DNA from: Leptolyngbya sp.
Lineage (GTDB): Bacteria > Cyanobacteriota > Cyanobacteriia > Phormidesmidales > Phormidesmidaceae
Direction: 5' to 3'
Assembly (NCBI GenBank): GCA_003249105.1
Contig: QBLT01000002.1
Location: forward strand, 2,505 to 66,504
DNA: 64,000 bases
Every line of letters begins with the position of its first letter. The stretch's first letter is position 1. The notes under the pieces are model-generated. The model saw only the letters and a list, made by a program, of their open reading frames with translations, ran no database searches and was not told the DNA's origin. The translations under genes were made by a program, and so were the position numbers. Of this stretch, positions 1 to 9,152 are shown piece by piece.

Positions 1-1958
1 TATTTGCAGGCATTGTTCAGCAATTCGGCCAGCACCCGCTCTAGGCTGGCCAGGTCAGTGTGCAGCACCGGCAGGGTCGAAGTAGCCACTAACTTTAGGG
101 TTTGGTTGCGGCTTTTAGCGCGGGTCACAAAGCTGTCAATCCAGCCGGTGAGCCAGGTTTCTAGCAAAATGGGTTCCGGCTGAATCGGGTGATTGCCCAC
201 ATCCAGTCGCTGAAGATCGAGCAGGTCGTTGATTAAACTAATTTCGCGCTCGCACTCCTCTTGCAGAATGCTGTAGTAGCGGCCAATGCGGGTCTGCTCG
301 GTCTTGGGCTTTTGCAGGTCAGCGGTGAGGTCAAACTCCTGGTTAAGGGTGACTCCTAGAAGCTGTAGCGCCACCCGCATGCTGGTCACCGGGGTGCGCA
401 GCTCGTGGGAGACTGTGCTGAGAAAATCGTCTTTGAGGGTGTTGAGCCGCTCTAGCTCGGCCACCTGCGACTGGGCCGCCTGGTAGAGCCGCGCCTGGCG
501 AATGGCGATCGCACATTGGTTAGCCACCTGCTGCACTAGGCGAATCTCAATGTCGTTAAAGCCGTAATCGCGATCGTTGATCAGCCAAAGATCGCCCAGC
601 ACACCGCGGTCATCCACCACCGGGCAGGCCAGCATAGCCACATAGCCCCGCACCGGATTCGGCTCCACCGAGCAAAACTGAAAATACTGTCCGTCCAGCA
701 GCTGATGGTAAACCTCTGGAAAGGCCTCCATCTGAGCGACCCGGCCCTGGTAGGACGGGCTAGAGCTGTTGTACTCGTAATAGATGGTCGAGGTGCCCTG
801 TTCTAGATCGTAGAGCGAGGTGTTTGATCCCTTCACCTCCAGGGCCTCGGTTAGCTCCTTTACCGCCGTCAGCATAATCTGATTGACATCCAGGCTATCG
901 CGCACCCGGTCAGTGATCCGTTTGAGGGTCGCCTCAAACTCAAGGGCAGTTTGCAACTCCTCGGTGCGCTGGGCCACCTGCTGTTCCAGGTCAGTATTCA
1001 GCCGCTGCACCTGGTTGTAGAGGCGCGCCTGCTTGATGGCACCGCCCACCTGGGTGGCCACCTCTCGCAGGGTCTCGATCTCCCAGGTGGCCCAGGGGCG
1101 AGGGCCGCTACAGTTGAGGGCACACACCAGGCCATAGAGAGCATCCCCCTGCACGATCGGCATCACCAGGCAGGCATTGACCTGGGCCAGGGCAAACTTC
1201 GCCAGGTAGGCCGGTGGCAGGTGAGCCGTAGCAATGTCGTCGATCACCTCCATCTCGCCCCGGCGGTAGCGCATCAGATCCGCAGCAGTAAAGCTGAGAT
1301 CGGTCTGGGCGGTGACCGCGTTGGCCACAGCGCCACTGGCCGACTCAGCCACCACTCCGTTGTAGTCGGGGTCAAAGCTATAGAACAGCACCCGGTCGAT
1401 GCGCAAAAAGCGCCTCACCTCGTTCACCGTCGTTTGCAATAAGTCTTCAGAGTTGAGCGATTGCAGCAAGTGCTGGGCGATCGCCCCCAGCAGTCGATCG
1501 CGCTCCGACTGTCGCTGGAGGGTCTGCTCCACCTCATGGAGGGGGGTCATATCCTGGAGACTCACCATCAGCTGAGGTTCGCGGCTAGCAGTCCCAAATC
1601 GGCGCGCCGTCGCCAGCAGCCGCCGACGCTCTCCGGCAGCATCGGTGATTTCTAGGACAGCGGTTTGTTCATCGCCACTGGCCAAGGCCTGCTGTCCTGC
1701 CACTAGCACGGTTTGGCTAACCTCCGATGGCAGTATGCCCATGCCTAATTGAGGTTCGCGGCTAGCCAACCGATCGATCCCCAACAGGGCAGCACAGGCC
1801 CGGTTGTAAAAGTGCCAGCGATCGCTAGCATCCGTTATCCAGAGTGGCGTCGCGATCGCATCGAGCACCTCTCCAAGGGCGGCTCCAAGGGCGGCATCGG
1901 CGACCTCCAGCTGAGGCCGATCTTCCTGGGGCAAGGGGTCGAAGGGCAGAGTAGACAT
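1..1958 (-). CDS. PAS-GAF-GAF sensor histidine kinase; runs off the left edge of the window
   Basis: Not in the ORF track; translated by hand from ATG at 1958 (MSTLPFDPLP...). Two GAF-like segments, then the HisKA H-box KDDFLSTVSHELRTPVTSM. Confidence 0.9.
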   Translation of the reverse strand, partial: MSTLPFDPLPQEDRPQLEVADAALGAALGEVLDAIATPLWITDASDRWHFYNRACAALLGIDRLASREPQLGMGILPSEVSQTVLVAGQQALASGDEQTAVLEITDAAGERRRLLATARRFGTASREPQLMVSLQDMTPLHEVEQTLQRQSERDRLLGAIAQHLLQSLNSEDLLQTTVNEVRRFLRIDRVLFYSFDPDYNGVVAESASGAVANAVTAQTDLSFTAADLMRYRRGEMEVIDDIATAHLPPAYLAKFALAQVNACLVMPIVQGDALYGLVCALNCSGPRPWATWEIETLREVATQVGGAIKQARLYNQVQRLNTDLEQQVAQRTEELQTALEFEATLKRITDRVRDSLDVNQIMLTAVKELTEALEVKGSNTSLYDLEQGTSTIYYEYNSSSPSYQGRVAQMEAFPEVYHQLLDGQYFQFCSVEPNPVRGYVAMLACPVVDDRGVLGDLWLINDRDYGFNDIEIRLVQQVANQCAIAIRQARLYQAAQSQVAELERLNTLKDDFLSTVSHELRTPVTSMRVALQLLGVTLNQEFDLTADLQKPKTEQTRIGRYYSILQEECEREISLINDLLDLQRLDVGNHPIQPEPILLETWLTGWIDSFVTRAKSRNQTLKLVATSTLPVLHTDLASLERVLAELLNNACK

Positions 1959-2103
1959 AACCGTGGGGGTTCAGGAAGATTAGGTAACAACAACCTTGGC
2001 AAAAAGGGGCGCATGCTCTATAAACACTATGCCCAGAGCCGCTAGAGAATACCCAGTCCGCCCCCACAAAAATCCATTGCCGAAAAACATTGGCCCAAGC
2101 TAT

Positions 2104-2131
2104 TTGCTTAGCGCCACCTATAGTCTATAAT
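2104..2131 (+). promoter_or_regulatory. sigma70-type promoter for rplS
   Basis: TTGCTT-N16-TATAAT, 27 nt upstream of the rplS ATG. Confidence 0.7.
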
Positions 2132-2158
2132 CGTAGACCGTGCACATTTGCAGGCCCT

Positions 2159-2524
2159 ATGAACGCAGAGGAAATTATCCGCTCAATTGAGGCGGAGCAG
2201 CTAAAGACCGACCTTCCCACCATCTACGTCGGCGACACCATCCGTGTTGGCGTGCGCATTCAAGAAGGTGGCAAAGAGCGGATCCAGCCCTACGAGGGCA
2301 CCGTTATCGCCATGCGCAATGGCGGCATCAATCGCTCCATCACGGTGCGAAAGATTTTTCAGGGGGTCGGCGTTGAGCGAGTTTTTCTCGTCCATGCTCC
2401 CAAGGTGGCTAGCATTGCTGTGCTGCGTCGGGGTAAGGCTCGTCGGGCCAAGCTTTACTACCTGCGCGATCGCGTCGGCAAAGCTACCCGTCTGAAGCAG
2501 CGTTTTGATCGCCCAATCAACTAG
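2159..2524 (+). CDS. rplS: 50S ribosomal protein L19
   Basis: [11 protein letters not shown]...GVGVERVF...[14 protein letters not shown]; true start at 2159 within ORF 2090..2524. Confidence 0.98.
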   Translation: MNAEEIIRSIEAEQLKTDLPTIYVGDTIRVGVRIQEGGKERIQPYEGTVIAMRNGGINRSITVRKIFQGVGVERVFLVHAPKVASIAVLRRGKARRAKLYYLRDRVGKATRLKQRFDRPIN

Positions 2525-2571
2525 AATTGAGTAAAGTTGGGCAGTGGTGCTAGAACAGCACCTGGTTTCAT

Positions 2572-2644
2572 GCGTCCTTAGTTCAGTTGGTAGAACGCGG
2601 GTCTCCAAAACCCGATGTCGGGGGTTCGAGTCCTCCAGGGCGCG
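2572..2644 (+). tRNA. trnW: tRNA-Trp (CCA)
   Basis: Cloverleaf: acceptor GCGTCCT/AGGGCGC, D arm GTTC/GAAC, anticodon arm CGGGT-CTCCAAA-ACCCG, T loop TTCGAGT. Typical position before secE. Confidence 0.97.
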
Positions 2645-2849
2645 CTGAGTAACGGCAGCGACATTTCCCAAGTCTCTTAGTCCCTAGGGCCAACTAGAGC
2701 GGCGGGATTTGTCACTGCCCTCAACTCGTAATCAAACCAGGAGCTATAGGCTCTTCAGTCCAATATTTTCTCAGATTAGTTGAGCCGGCTTGCCGGTCTG
2801 TGTTTTCCCGTCAGTTCAGTGTGGATAAGCGCCAACAGGAGCCAAGCCA

Positions 2850-3095
2850 GTGGTTAAAAAAGACGCCGCAATAGAGTCTAAGGGTAAGACCACAGACCCT
2901 CAGGTTGCTGAGCAGGGCTTCAGTGTAGTGACCTTTTTGCAGGGCACCAAGGAAGAGCTGGGGAAAGTCGTTTGGCCCAGTCGGCAGCAGCTCATCAGTG
3001 AATCTGCCGCCGTTATTCTTATGGTTAGCCTGTCCGCAACGCTGATTTATCTGGTCGACCGACTGTTTGGGTGGGTTTCGGGGCAAGTATTCTAA
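2850..3095 (+). CDS. secE: preprotein translocase subunit SecE
   Basis: FLQGTKEELGKVVWPSRQQL motif plus one TM helix; between trnW and nusG. Confidence 0.96.
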   Translation: MVKKDAAIESKGKTTDPQVAEQGFSVVTFLQGTKEELGKVVWPSRQQLISESAAVILMVSLSATLIYLVDRLFGWVSGQVF

Positions 3096-3805
3096 TGGTG
3101 GTAACTGAAGAAGACTTCAACTACGATGACGCTCCCCTCGACGAGCCCTTAGACGACGATCTAGGGGCTGAGTCTTTAGCAGAAGGAGCTGGGTCATCTA
3201 CCGAGGAAGGTAACGAAGGTGAGGCAGCTCGCTTCTATCAGCGTAAGGCTCGGTGGTATGCCGTGCAGGTGGCCTCTGGCTGCGAAAAGCGCGTCAAGCT
3301 CAACCTTGAGCAGCGCATTGGTACTCTAGATGTGGTCAACCGGATTTTTCAGGTTGAGATTCCTCAAACGCCAGCGGTTAAGCTCCGTAAAGACGGCAGT
3401 CGTCAAAGCATTGACGAGAAAGTCTTCCCTGGCTACGTGCTGGTACGCATGTACATGGATGACGAAGCCTGGTCAGTGGTTAAAAACACCCCTCACGTCA
3501 TCAATTTTGTCGGAGCTGAGCAGCGCCGGGCCTACGGTCGCGGCCGTGGCCACGTCAAGCCCATGCCATTAGGCATGAGCGAGGTGAAGCGGATCTTCAA
3601 GCGCACCGAAGAGCAAAAGCCGGTGATCAAGGTCGACATGGCTCCGGGAGACAAAATTACCGTGCTCTCGGGTCCCTTCAAAGACTTTGAAGGCGAGGTG
3701 GTGGAAGTCAGCCCCGAGCGCAGTAAGCTGAAAGCTTTGCTGTCGATTTTTGGGCGCGACACCCCAGTGGAGCTGGAATTCAATCAAGTGGAAAAAGAGA
3801 GTTAA
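3095..3805 (+). CDS. nusG: transcription termination/antitermination factor NusG
   Basis: WYAVQVASGCEKRVK, FPGYVLV, KOW GPFKDFEG, IFGRDTPVELEF. ATG overlaps the secE stop. Confidence 0.98.
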   Translation: MVVTEEDFNYDDAPLDEPLDDDLGAESLAEGAGSSTEEGNEGEAARFYQRKARWYAVQVASGCEKRVKLNLEQRIGTLDVVNRIFQVEIPQTPAVKLRKDGSRQSIDEKVFPGYVLVRMYMDDEAWSVVKNTPHVINFVGAEQRRAYGRGRGHVKPMPLGMSEVKRIFKRTEEQKPVIKVDMAPGDKITVLSGPFKDFEGEVVEVSPERSKLKALLSIFGRDTPVELEFNQVEKES

Positions 3806-3808
3806 TTA

Positions 3809-4234
3809 ATGGCTAAGAAAGTTGTAGCGCTAATTAAGCTGGCACTCCCTGCTGGCAAGGCCAACCCAGCTCCCCCCGTCGGCCCAGCTCTGGGTCAGCA
3901 CGGGGTTAACATCATGGCGTTCTGCAAAGAGTACAACGCCCGTACCCAGGAGAAAGTGGGTCTGGTGATACCGGTTGAGATCTCGGTCTTTGAAGATCGC
4001 AGCTTTACCTTTATTCTCAAGACGCCGCCAGCCTCGGTATTGATTAAAAAAGCAGCGGGCATTGAGCGGGGTTCGGGCGAACCCCGCACTAAGAAGGTAG
4101 GCTCCATTACTCGGGCTCAGCTCAAAGAGATTGCCGAAACCAAGATGCCCGACCTCAACGCCAACGACATTGAGGCGGCCATGAACATCGTTGAGGGCAC
4201 CGCCCGCAACATGGGTGTTACCGTTTCTGGCTAG
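3809..4234 (+). CDS. rplK: 50S ribosomal protein L11
   Basis: [22 protein letters not shown]. Confidence 0.99.
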   Translation: MAKKVVALIKLALPAGKANPAPPVGPALGQHGVNIMAFCKEYNARTQEKVGLVIPVEISVFEDRSFTFILKTPPASVLIKKAAGIERGSGEPRTKKVGSITRAQLKEIAETKMPDLNANDIEAAMNIVEGTARNMGVTVSG

Positions 4235-4285
4235 GCCATTGCCCTAGATTATTGGCTGTTATCTAAGTTTCACTTGTTCACACTA

Positions 4286-4320
4286 CGGGGAAGAGGCGTT
4301 GCTTCGTTTGACCCCAGGGA
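4286..4320 (+). promoter_or_regulatory. L1-binding autoregulatory RNA site ahead of rplA
   Basis: GGGG/CCCC outer stem, asymmetric internal loop, GAGGC/GCTTC inner stem abutting the SD. L1 sites precede rplA in cyanobacteria (established). Confidence 0.65.
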
Positions 4321-4327
4321 GATCACC

Positions 4328-5041
4328 ATGGCTAAAGTATCTAAGCGCCTGCGCGAAGCTCAGGCCAAAGTAGAAGACCGTCTTTACGAGCCCCTAGAAG
4401 CTCTAGAACTGCTCAAGGAAACCGCTACCGCTAAATTTGTTGAGTCAGCTGAGGCTCACATTCGCCTCGGTATTGACCCTAAATACACGGACCAGCAGCT
4501 GCGCACCACGGTTATTTTACCTAAGGGCACTGGTCAGACCATTCGAGTCGCTGTCATTGCTAAGGGTGAAAAAGTGGCTGAGGCCACCGCCGCTGGGGCC
4601 GACCTGGTGGGTTCTGAAGAACTGATTGACGAAATTCAGAAGGGCATGATGGACTTTGACATCCTGATTGCCACTCCGGACGTCATGCCTCAGGTGGCTA
4701 AGCTCGGTCGTCAGTTAGGCCCGCGCGGCCTGATGCCCTCACCCAAGGGGGGTACCGTGACCTTCGACCTGCCCCAGGCCATCAGCGAGTTCAAAGCGGG
4801 TAAGCTAGAGTTTCGCGCCGACAAAACGGGCATTGTTCATGTTATGTTTGGCAAGGCCGACTTCAGTGCTGAAGATCTGTTGGTCAATCTTAAAGCACTG
4901 CAAGAGTGCGTTGACCGCAACCGTCCGTCTGGGGCTAAGGGCCGCTACTGGAGAACCGTAGCGATCGCCTCTACTATGGGTCCCGCCATTCGCCTCGACG
5001 TGAATGCCCTGCGGGACTTTAAGATGGTCGACGCAGTCTAG
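4328..5041 (+). CDS. rplA: 50S ribosomal protein L1
   Basis: [31 protein letters not shown]; start MAKVSKR. Confidence 0.99.
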   Translation: MAKVSKRLREAQAKVEDRLYEPLEALELLKETATAKFVESAEAHIRLGIDPKYTDQQLRTTVILPKGTGQTIRVAVIAKGEKVAEATAAGADLVGSEELIDEIQKGMMDFDILIATPDVMPQVAKLGRQLGPRGLMPSPKGGTVTFDLPQAISEFKAGKLEFRADKTGIVHVMFGKADFSAEDLLVNLKALQECVDRNRPSGAKGRYWRTVAIASTMGPAIRLDVNALRDFKMVDAV

Positions 5042-5107
5042 GCCCAACAAGTTTTACCCTAGCCAACCAGGAGTTACGCCCACTGACACAACCCCTCACA
5101 ACTGCAT

Positions 5108-5247
5108 AGACGACCAGAGACAGCAGGTAGCCGCCCAGCGCTGCATAAATCCTGCCGAGGTTGACGTCAATGACTACGGTGCTCTTGCCTATGGTGAGCA
5201 CTCCGGGTTGTTGGTCTACCCCGGCAGAGCTGTCGGGGTTTTGTTTT
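5108..5247 (+). promoter_or_regulatory. L10 leader (rplJL r-leader) with downstream terminator-like hairpin
   Basis: AGACAGCAGGT...TAAATCCTGCCGAGG core, then hairpin ACCCCGGCA-gagc-TGTCGGGGT plus T-run (5218-5247). Confidence 0.8.
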
Positions 5248-5320
5248 ACTAAGGGCTAAGTGCAAACCTGGATCGGGTAATTGAGTTCCCAATCCCCAAC
5301 TAAAAGGAGGTGAGATCGAT

Positions 5321-5881
5321 ATGGGGAGAACCCTAGCGAATAAGAAAGAGCTGGTGGCCGAAATTCAGGCCCTGCTAGACGATGCCCAACTAGCCTTTGT
5401 AATTGATTACAAAGGTCTGACGGTATCGGAAATCAGCGACCTACGCAACCGGCTGCGTCCTAAGGGTGCTGAGTGCAAGATTGCCAAAAACACGCTGATG
5501 CGGATCGCCGTTGACGGCAATGAAAACTGGCAACCGATCACCGAGTTCCTCAAAGATTCTTCGGCCTTTGTGCTGGTTAAAGAAGACTTTGGCGGAGCGA
5601 TCAAGGAATACCAGGCATTCCAAAAAGACACCAAAAAAACCACTTTGCGTGGTGGTGTTATGGAAGGCCAGGCCCTCAACGAGGACCAGATCAAGGCCAT
5701 CACCGAACTGCCCACCAAGGAAGAGCTTATGGCTCGTCTGGCTGGAGCAATCAAGGCGATGCCGACTCGGGTGGCGGTGGGCGTCAACGCCGTACCGACC
5801 AAACTGGCTGTGGGCGTCAAAGAGGTGCCCGCATCTCTGGCCCGTGCTCTCAAGGCCGTCTCCGAAAAAGATGCAGCCTAG
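5321..5881 (+). CDS. rplJ: 50S ribosomal protein L10
   Basis: IDYKGLTVSEISDLR, KIAKNTL, LPTKEEL; strong SD AAGGAGG. Confidence 0.98.
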   Translation: MGRTLANKKELVAEIQALLDDAQLAFVIDYKGLTVSEISDLRNRLRPKGAECKIAKNTLMRIAVDGNENWQPITEFLKDSSAFVLVKEDFGGAIKEYQAFQKDTKKTTLRGGVMEGQALNEDQIKAITELPTKEELMARLAGAIKAMPTRVAVGVNAVPTKLAVGVKEVPASLARALKAVSEKDAA

Positions 5882-5942
5882 GCTCATCTCTCACGATTTT
5901 GTCTGTGTTTAATTATTTTCAACCAGGAGTTAACCGGTAACT

Positions 5943-6350
5943 ATGTCTGCTAAAACTGACGAAATTCTTGAACAGCTAAAGTCTCTTTCTCTGCTAGAAG
6001 CTTCCGAGCTGGTCAAGCAAATTGAGGAAGCCTTTGGTGTTGATGCCTCTGCCTCCGCTGGCGGCGGCATGATGATGATGGCCCCCGGCATGATGGGTGG
6101 CGGTGGCGCCGCTGCTGCCGAGCCTGAAGAAGAGAAGACTGAATTTGACGTCGTTCTCGAAGAAGTCCCCGCTGACAAGAAGATCGCCGTTCTTAAGGTT
6201 GTGCGCAGCCTGACCGGTCTGGGTCTGAAGGAAGCCAAGGAACTGGTAGAAGCTGCTCCCAAGGCCGTCAAGGAAGCCACCACCAAAGACGACGCCGAAG
6301 ATGCCAAGAAGCAGCTCGAAGAAGCCGGCGGCAAGGTTGCTATCAAGTAG
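5943..6350 (+). CDS. rplL: 50S ribosomal protein L7/L12
   Basis: [41 protein letters not shown]. Confidence 0.99.
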   Translation: MSAKTDEILEQLKSLSLLEASELVKQIEEAFGVDASASAGGGMMMMAPGMMGGGGAAAAEPEEEKTEFDVVLEEVPADKKIAVLKVVRSLTGLGLKEAKELVEAAPKAVKEATTKDDAEDAKKQLEEAGGKVAIK

Positions 6351-6382
6351 CCTGACGTTTTGCCACTGAGGCTAAAACGTTA

Positions 6383-6416
6383 GAAAGCTCCCTGTGGTCT
6401 CACGGGGAGCTTTTTC
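6383..6416 (+). terminator. intrinsic terminator of the rplKAJL transcript
   Basis: AAAGCTCCCTGTG-gtct-CACGGGGAGCTTTTT. Confidence 0.85.
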
Positions 6417-6529
6417 TATCGTCAGTTAAGGATGGTTTTTCCACCTTAAACAGCGGCTCTCTGGCTACCCATCTCCAACAGAGAAGGATAGCATTGGGAA
6501 GATAGTCAGGTAGTTAATGGGAGTTAGCC

Positions 6530-6793
6530 ATGGCGCAGCACCTGAAACGATGGGAGTCGCCCCGTAAGTTGGGTCGCAATGACAAAGGACGAGGCGGTGC
6601 CGCCCGCCAGCGACAGCTGCAAAAACGCCAGCAGACTTTGCGTAAGCGCCTAGGGGGGCGATCGCCGTCTAATCCAGACATGCAGCAAAAAGGGGAGTCA
6701 GTGACTCCCCTTTTTGCTGCATGTCTGACTGCCACACTTAACCCTAGCCAATCAGTAGCTCTTCTTCAGGGTACTGAACAGAGGACGGCTTAG
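6530..6793 (+). CDS. small basic hypothetical protein
   Basis: SD-like GGGAG upstream; Arg/Lys-rich N-half (KRWESPRKLGRNDKGRGGAARQRQLQKR). The 3' third is the translated palindrome and overlaps the ktrB end, so the C-terminus is doubtful. Confidence 0.6.
   Translation: MAQHLKRWESPRKLGRNDKGRGGAARQRQLQKRQQTLRKRLGGRSPSNPDMQQKGESVTPLFAACLTATLNPSQSVALLQGTEQRTA
6675..6727. repeat. perfect 26-bp inverted repeat with 1-nt spacer; core resembles a bidirectional terminator
   Basis: CAGACATGCAGCAAAAAGGGGAGTCA-G-TGACTCCCCTTTTTGCTGCATGTCTG. Confidence 0.95.
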
Positions 6794-8078
6794 GATCGCC
6801 CAGCAGCGCCGCCATAAAGAGCAGCACCCCGACCCGACCCAGGTACATAGTACAGATAATTACGTATTTGCCGATGTCAGAGAGGTCAGCGGTGATGCCG
6901 GTGGAAAGCCCCACTGTGGCAAAGGCAGACACGGCTTCAAAGAGAATATCAATAAAGCCCACAGTGGGGTTAGTTAAAGAGACTAAGGCAGTAGCAACTA
7001 CGACTACAAGGCCCGACCCCACGACCACAGAGATTGCCTTCAGCACCCGAATAGTAGCAATCTGCCGCCGAAATACGAGAACCTGCTCTTTGCCCTGAAG
7101 CGCCATGCGCGTGCAGGCTAGCAAAATGCTTAGGGTAGTAGTTTTAATACCGCCGCCAGTGCTGCCGGGGCTAGCCCCGACAAACATGAGGGCAATCATA
7201 ATAAACAGTGAGGCGTTGCCCATGGCCCCAATGTCAATGCTGTTGAATCCGGCGGTGCGGGCGACAACCGAGTGAAACCAAGCTATCAACAGCTTGTACT
7301 GAGGAGCCACCGGCCCCAAAGTATCTGGGTTTTGGTACTCGATTAGAAAAAATGCCAGAGTACCCAGCACTAACAGCACAGCTGTAGTGCTGGTCACAAC
7401 TTTGAAGTGAAGGGAAAACGGGTTGCGGCAGCGGTTGCCACCCAGGCGAGTTCGGAACCATGCCAGAAACTCCATAATCACCTGGTAGCCAATGCCACCG
7501 AGAATGACCAGGGCGGTAATCACCGCGTTGACCCAGGGGTTAAGTGCATAGCCAACAATATTGTCTTTAAATAGGCCAAAACCTGCATTGTTAAAAGCGC
7601 TGACACTGTGGAACATAGAGAGCCACAGCCCGTAGGCAGGTCCGTAGTCTCGACTGAAGGTTGGATATAGACAAAATAGCCCTGTCAGCTCAATGACCAA
7701 CGTCATGGCAATGATCGATAGGATCAGCGGTTTGCCACCCGCCAGAACTGAGTTATCCATAGACTGCTGAATGGCAAGTCGTTCTCGCAACCCCAACCGT
7801 CGCCCCAGCAGGAGCAGCAGGAACGTGTTGACGGTCATATAGCCTAGGCCGCCTACCTGAATCAGCGCCAGAATGGTCGCTTCGCCAAAGTCAGAGAAGT
7901 AGGTACCCGTGTCGACCACCACAAGCCCCGTCACGCAGACAGCAGAGGTAGAGGTAAACAGAGCCACTAGAGGATCGCCCCAGCCTTGCTCGGTGGTAGA
8001 TATAGGCAGCGTCAATAGCAGTGCACCAACGGTAATTAATACCAAAAAACCGAGGCATATAGTGCGCGGAACCGTCAT
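6744..8078 (-). CDS. ktrB: Ktr/Trk potassium uptake membrane subunit
   Basis: LFTSTSAVCVTGL, SAFNNAGF, ARTAGFN, GSTGGGIKTTT, SAFATVGLSTG pore loops; start MTVPRTI. Confidence 0.92.
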   Translation of the reverse strand: MTVPRTICLGFLVLITVGALLLTLPISTTEQGWGDPLVALFTSTSAVCVTGLVVVDTGTYFSDFGEATILALIQVGGLGYMTVNTFLLLLLGRRLGLRERLAIQQSMDNSVLAGGKPLILSIIAMTLVIELTGLFCLYPTFSRDYGPAYGLWLSMFHSVSAFNNAGFGLFKDNIVGYALNPWVNAVITALVILGGIGYQVIMEFLAWFRTRLGGNRCRNPFSLHFKVVTSTTAVLLVLGTLAFFLIEYQNPDTLGPVAPQYKLLIAWFHSVVARTAGFNSIDIGAMGNASLFIMIALMFVGASPGSTGGGIKTTTLSILLACTRMALQGKEQVLVFRRQIATIRVLKAISVVVGSGLVVVVATALVSLTNPTVGFIDILFEAVSAFATVGLSTGITADLSDIGKYVIICTMYLGRVGVLLFMAALLGDPKPSSVQYPEEELLIG

Positions 8079-8210
8079 CTGCATGGGCAGGGCATCCAGG
8101 GCATGGGGATTTAGTAAGGCAACCCTATATTTCCACGAGTTGACGCTCTCGACCACTATGCCGCAAGATTTAACCGACTGGCCACGCTGTTCTGTAGGTG
8201 TCGAGTTGTC

Positions 8211-9071
8211 ATGACCAATGCCCTGTACAAAAAGATTCAAACGTTCTATGACGACTCCTCTGGGCTGTGGGAGCAGATCTGGGGTGAGCACATGCACCAC
8301 GGCTACTACGGTGCCGATGGCCGTCAGCGCAAAGATCGCCGCCAGGCTCAGATTGATCTAATTGACGAGTGTTTGAGCTGGGGAGGCGTCACCCAAGCGG
8401 AAGCTATTCTCGACTGTGGCTGCGGCATTGGCGGCAGCGCCCTGGAGTTGGCCACCCGGTTTGGGGCCAGAGTAACTGGCATTACCCTCAGCCCGGTACA
8501 GGCCCAGCGAGCCACAGAGCGAGCTACAGCGGCAAACTTAGACAGCGATGCCGCACCCTGTGCCACATTTCAGGTGGCGGATGCTTTAAACACTCCCTTT
8601 GCTGACCACAGCTTTGACTTGGTGTGGTCGATGGAGAGCGGGGAGCACATGCCCGACAAGGTGGCGTTTTTGCAGGAGTGCTATCGGGTGCTGAAGCCAG
8701 GGGGCAAACTGCTGATGGCTACCTGGTGCCACCGCCCTACCGATTCACTCGGGGGGCCGCTGACCTGGCTAGAGCAGCGGCAGCTCGACTGGATCTATCG
8801 CGTCTACGGTCTGCCCTACGTGATTTCTCTGCCTGACTATGAGGCGATCGCCCAAAACTGCGGCTTTAACCAGCTCAAAGCCGCCGACTGGTCGCTGGCG
8901 GTCGCCCCCTTTTGGGATGAGGTGATTGCCTCGGCCCTCAGCCCTGAAGGCCTGGCGGGGCTGATTCAGGCAGGGCCTGGCACCCTCCAGGGGGCGCTGG
9001 CCCTGGGGCCAATGCGCCAGGGGTTGTATAGCGGCCTAATCCGCTACGGGCTGTTGTGCGCGGTGCGCTAG
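8211..9071 (+). CDS. vte4: SAM-dependent methyltransferase, gamma-tocopherol methyltransferase type
   Basis: FYDDSSGLWEQIWGEHMHHGYYG, ILDCGCGIGGS, WSMESGEHMPDK. Confidence 0.85.
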   Translation: MTNALYKKIQTFYDDSSGLWEQIWGEHMHHGYYGADGRQRKDRRQAQIDLIDECLSWGGVTQAEAILDCGCGIGGSALELATRFGARVTGITLSPVQAQRATERATAANLDSDAAPCATFQVADALNTPFADHSFDLVWSMESGEHMPDKVAFLQECYRVLKPGGKLLMATWCHRPTDSLGGPLTWLEQRQLDWIYRVYGLPYVISLPDYEAIAQNCGFNQLKAADWSLAVAPFWDEVIASALSPEGLAGLIQAGPGTLQGALALGPMRQGLYSGLIRYGLLCAVR

Positions 9072-9086
9072 GCAAGGCAACTCGAC

Positions 9087-9120
9087 AAAAAAAGGGTGAC
9101 TTCTGTAGGGAAGTCACCCT
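9087..9120 (-). terminator. intrinsic terminator between the convergent vte4 and DUF3747 genes
   Basis: 11-bp arms AGGGTGACTTC/GAAGTCACCCT with an A-run on the left (T-run on the minus strand). Confidence 0.8.
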
Positions 9121-9152
9121 GGAGCTATTGCCTAGTCGAATGTTGGCTGGCC

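Noticed and set aside
2820-2828. Single perfect DnaA box TGTGGATAA before secE
   Set aside because: Isolated; about 0.5 is expected by chance in a window this size.
6060-6120. ATG/GGC micro-repeats in rplL ([16 protein letters not shown])
   Set aside because: This is the flexible L12 hinge, which is commonly Met/Gly/Ala-rich in cyanobacteria.
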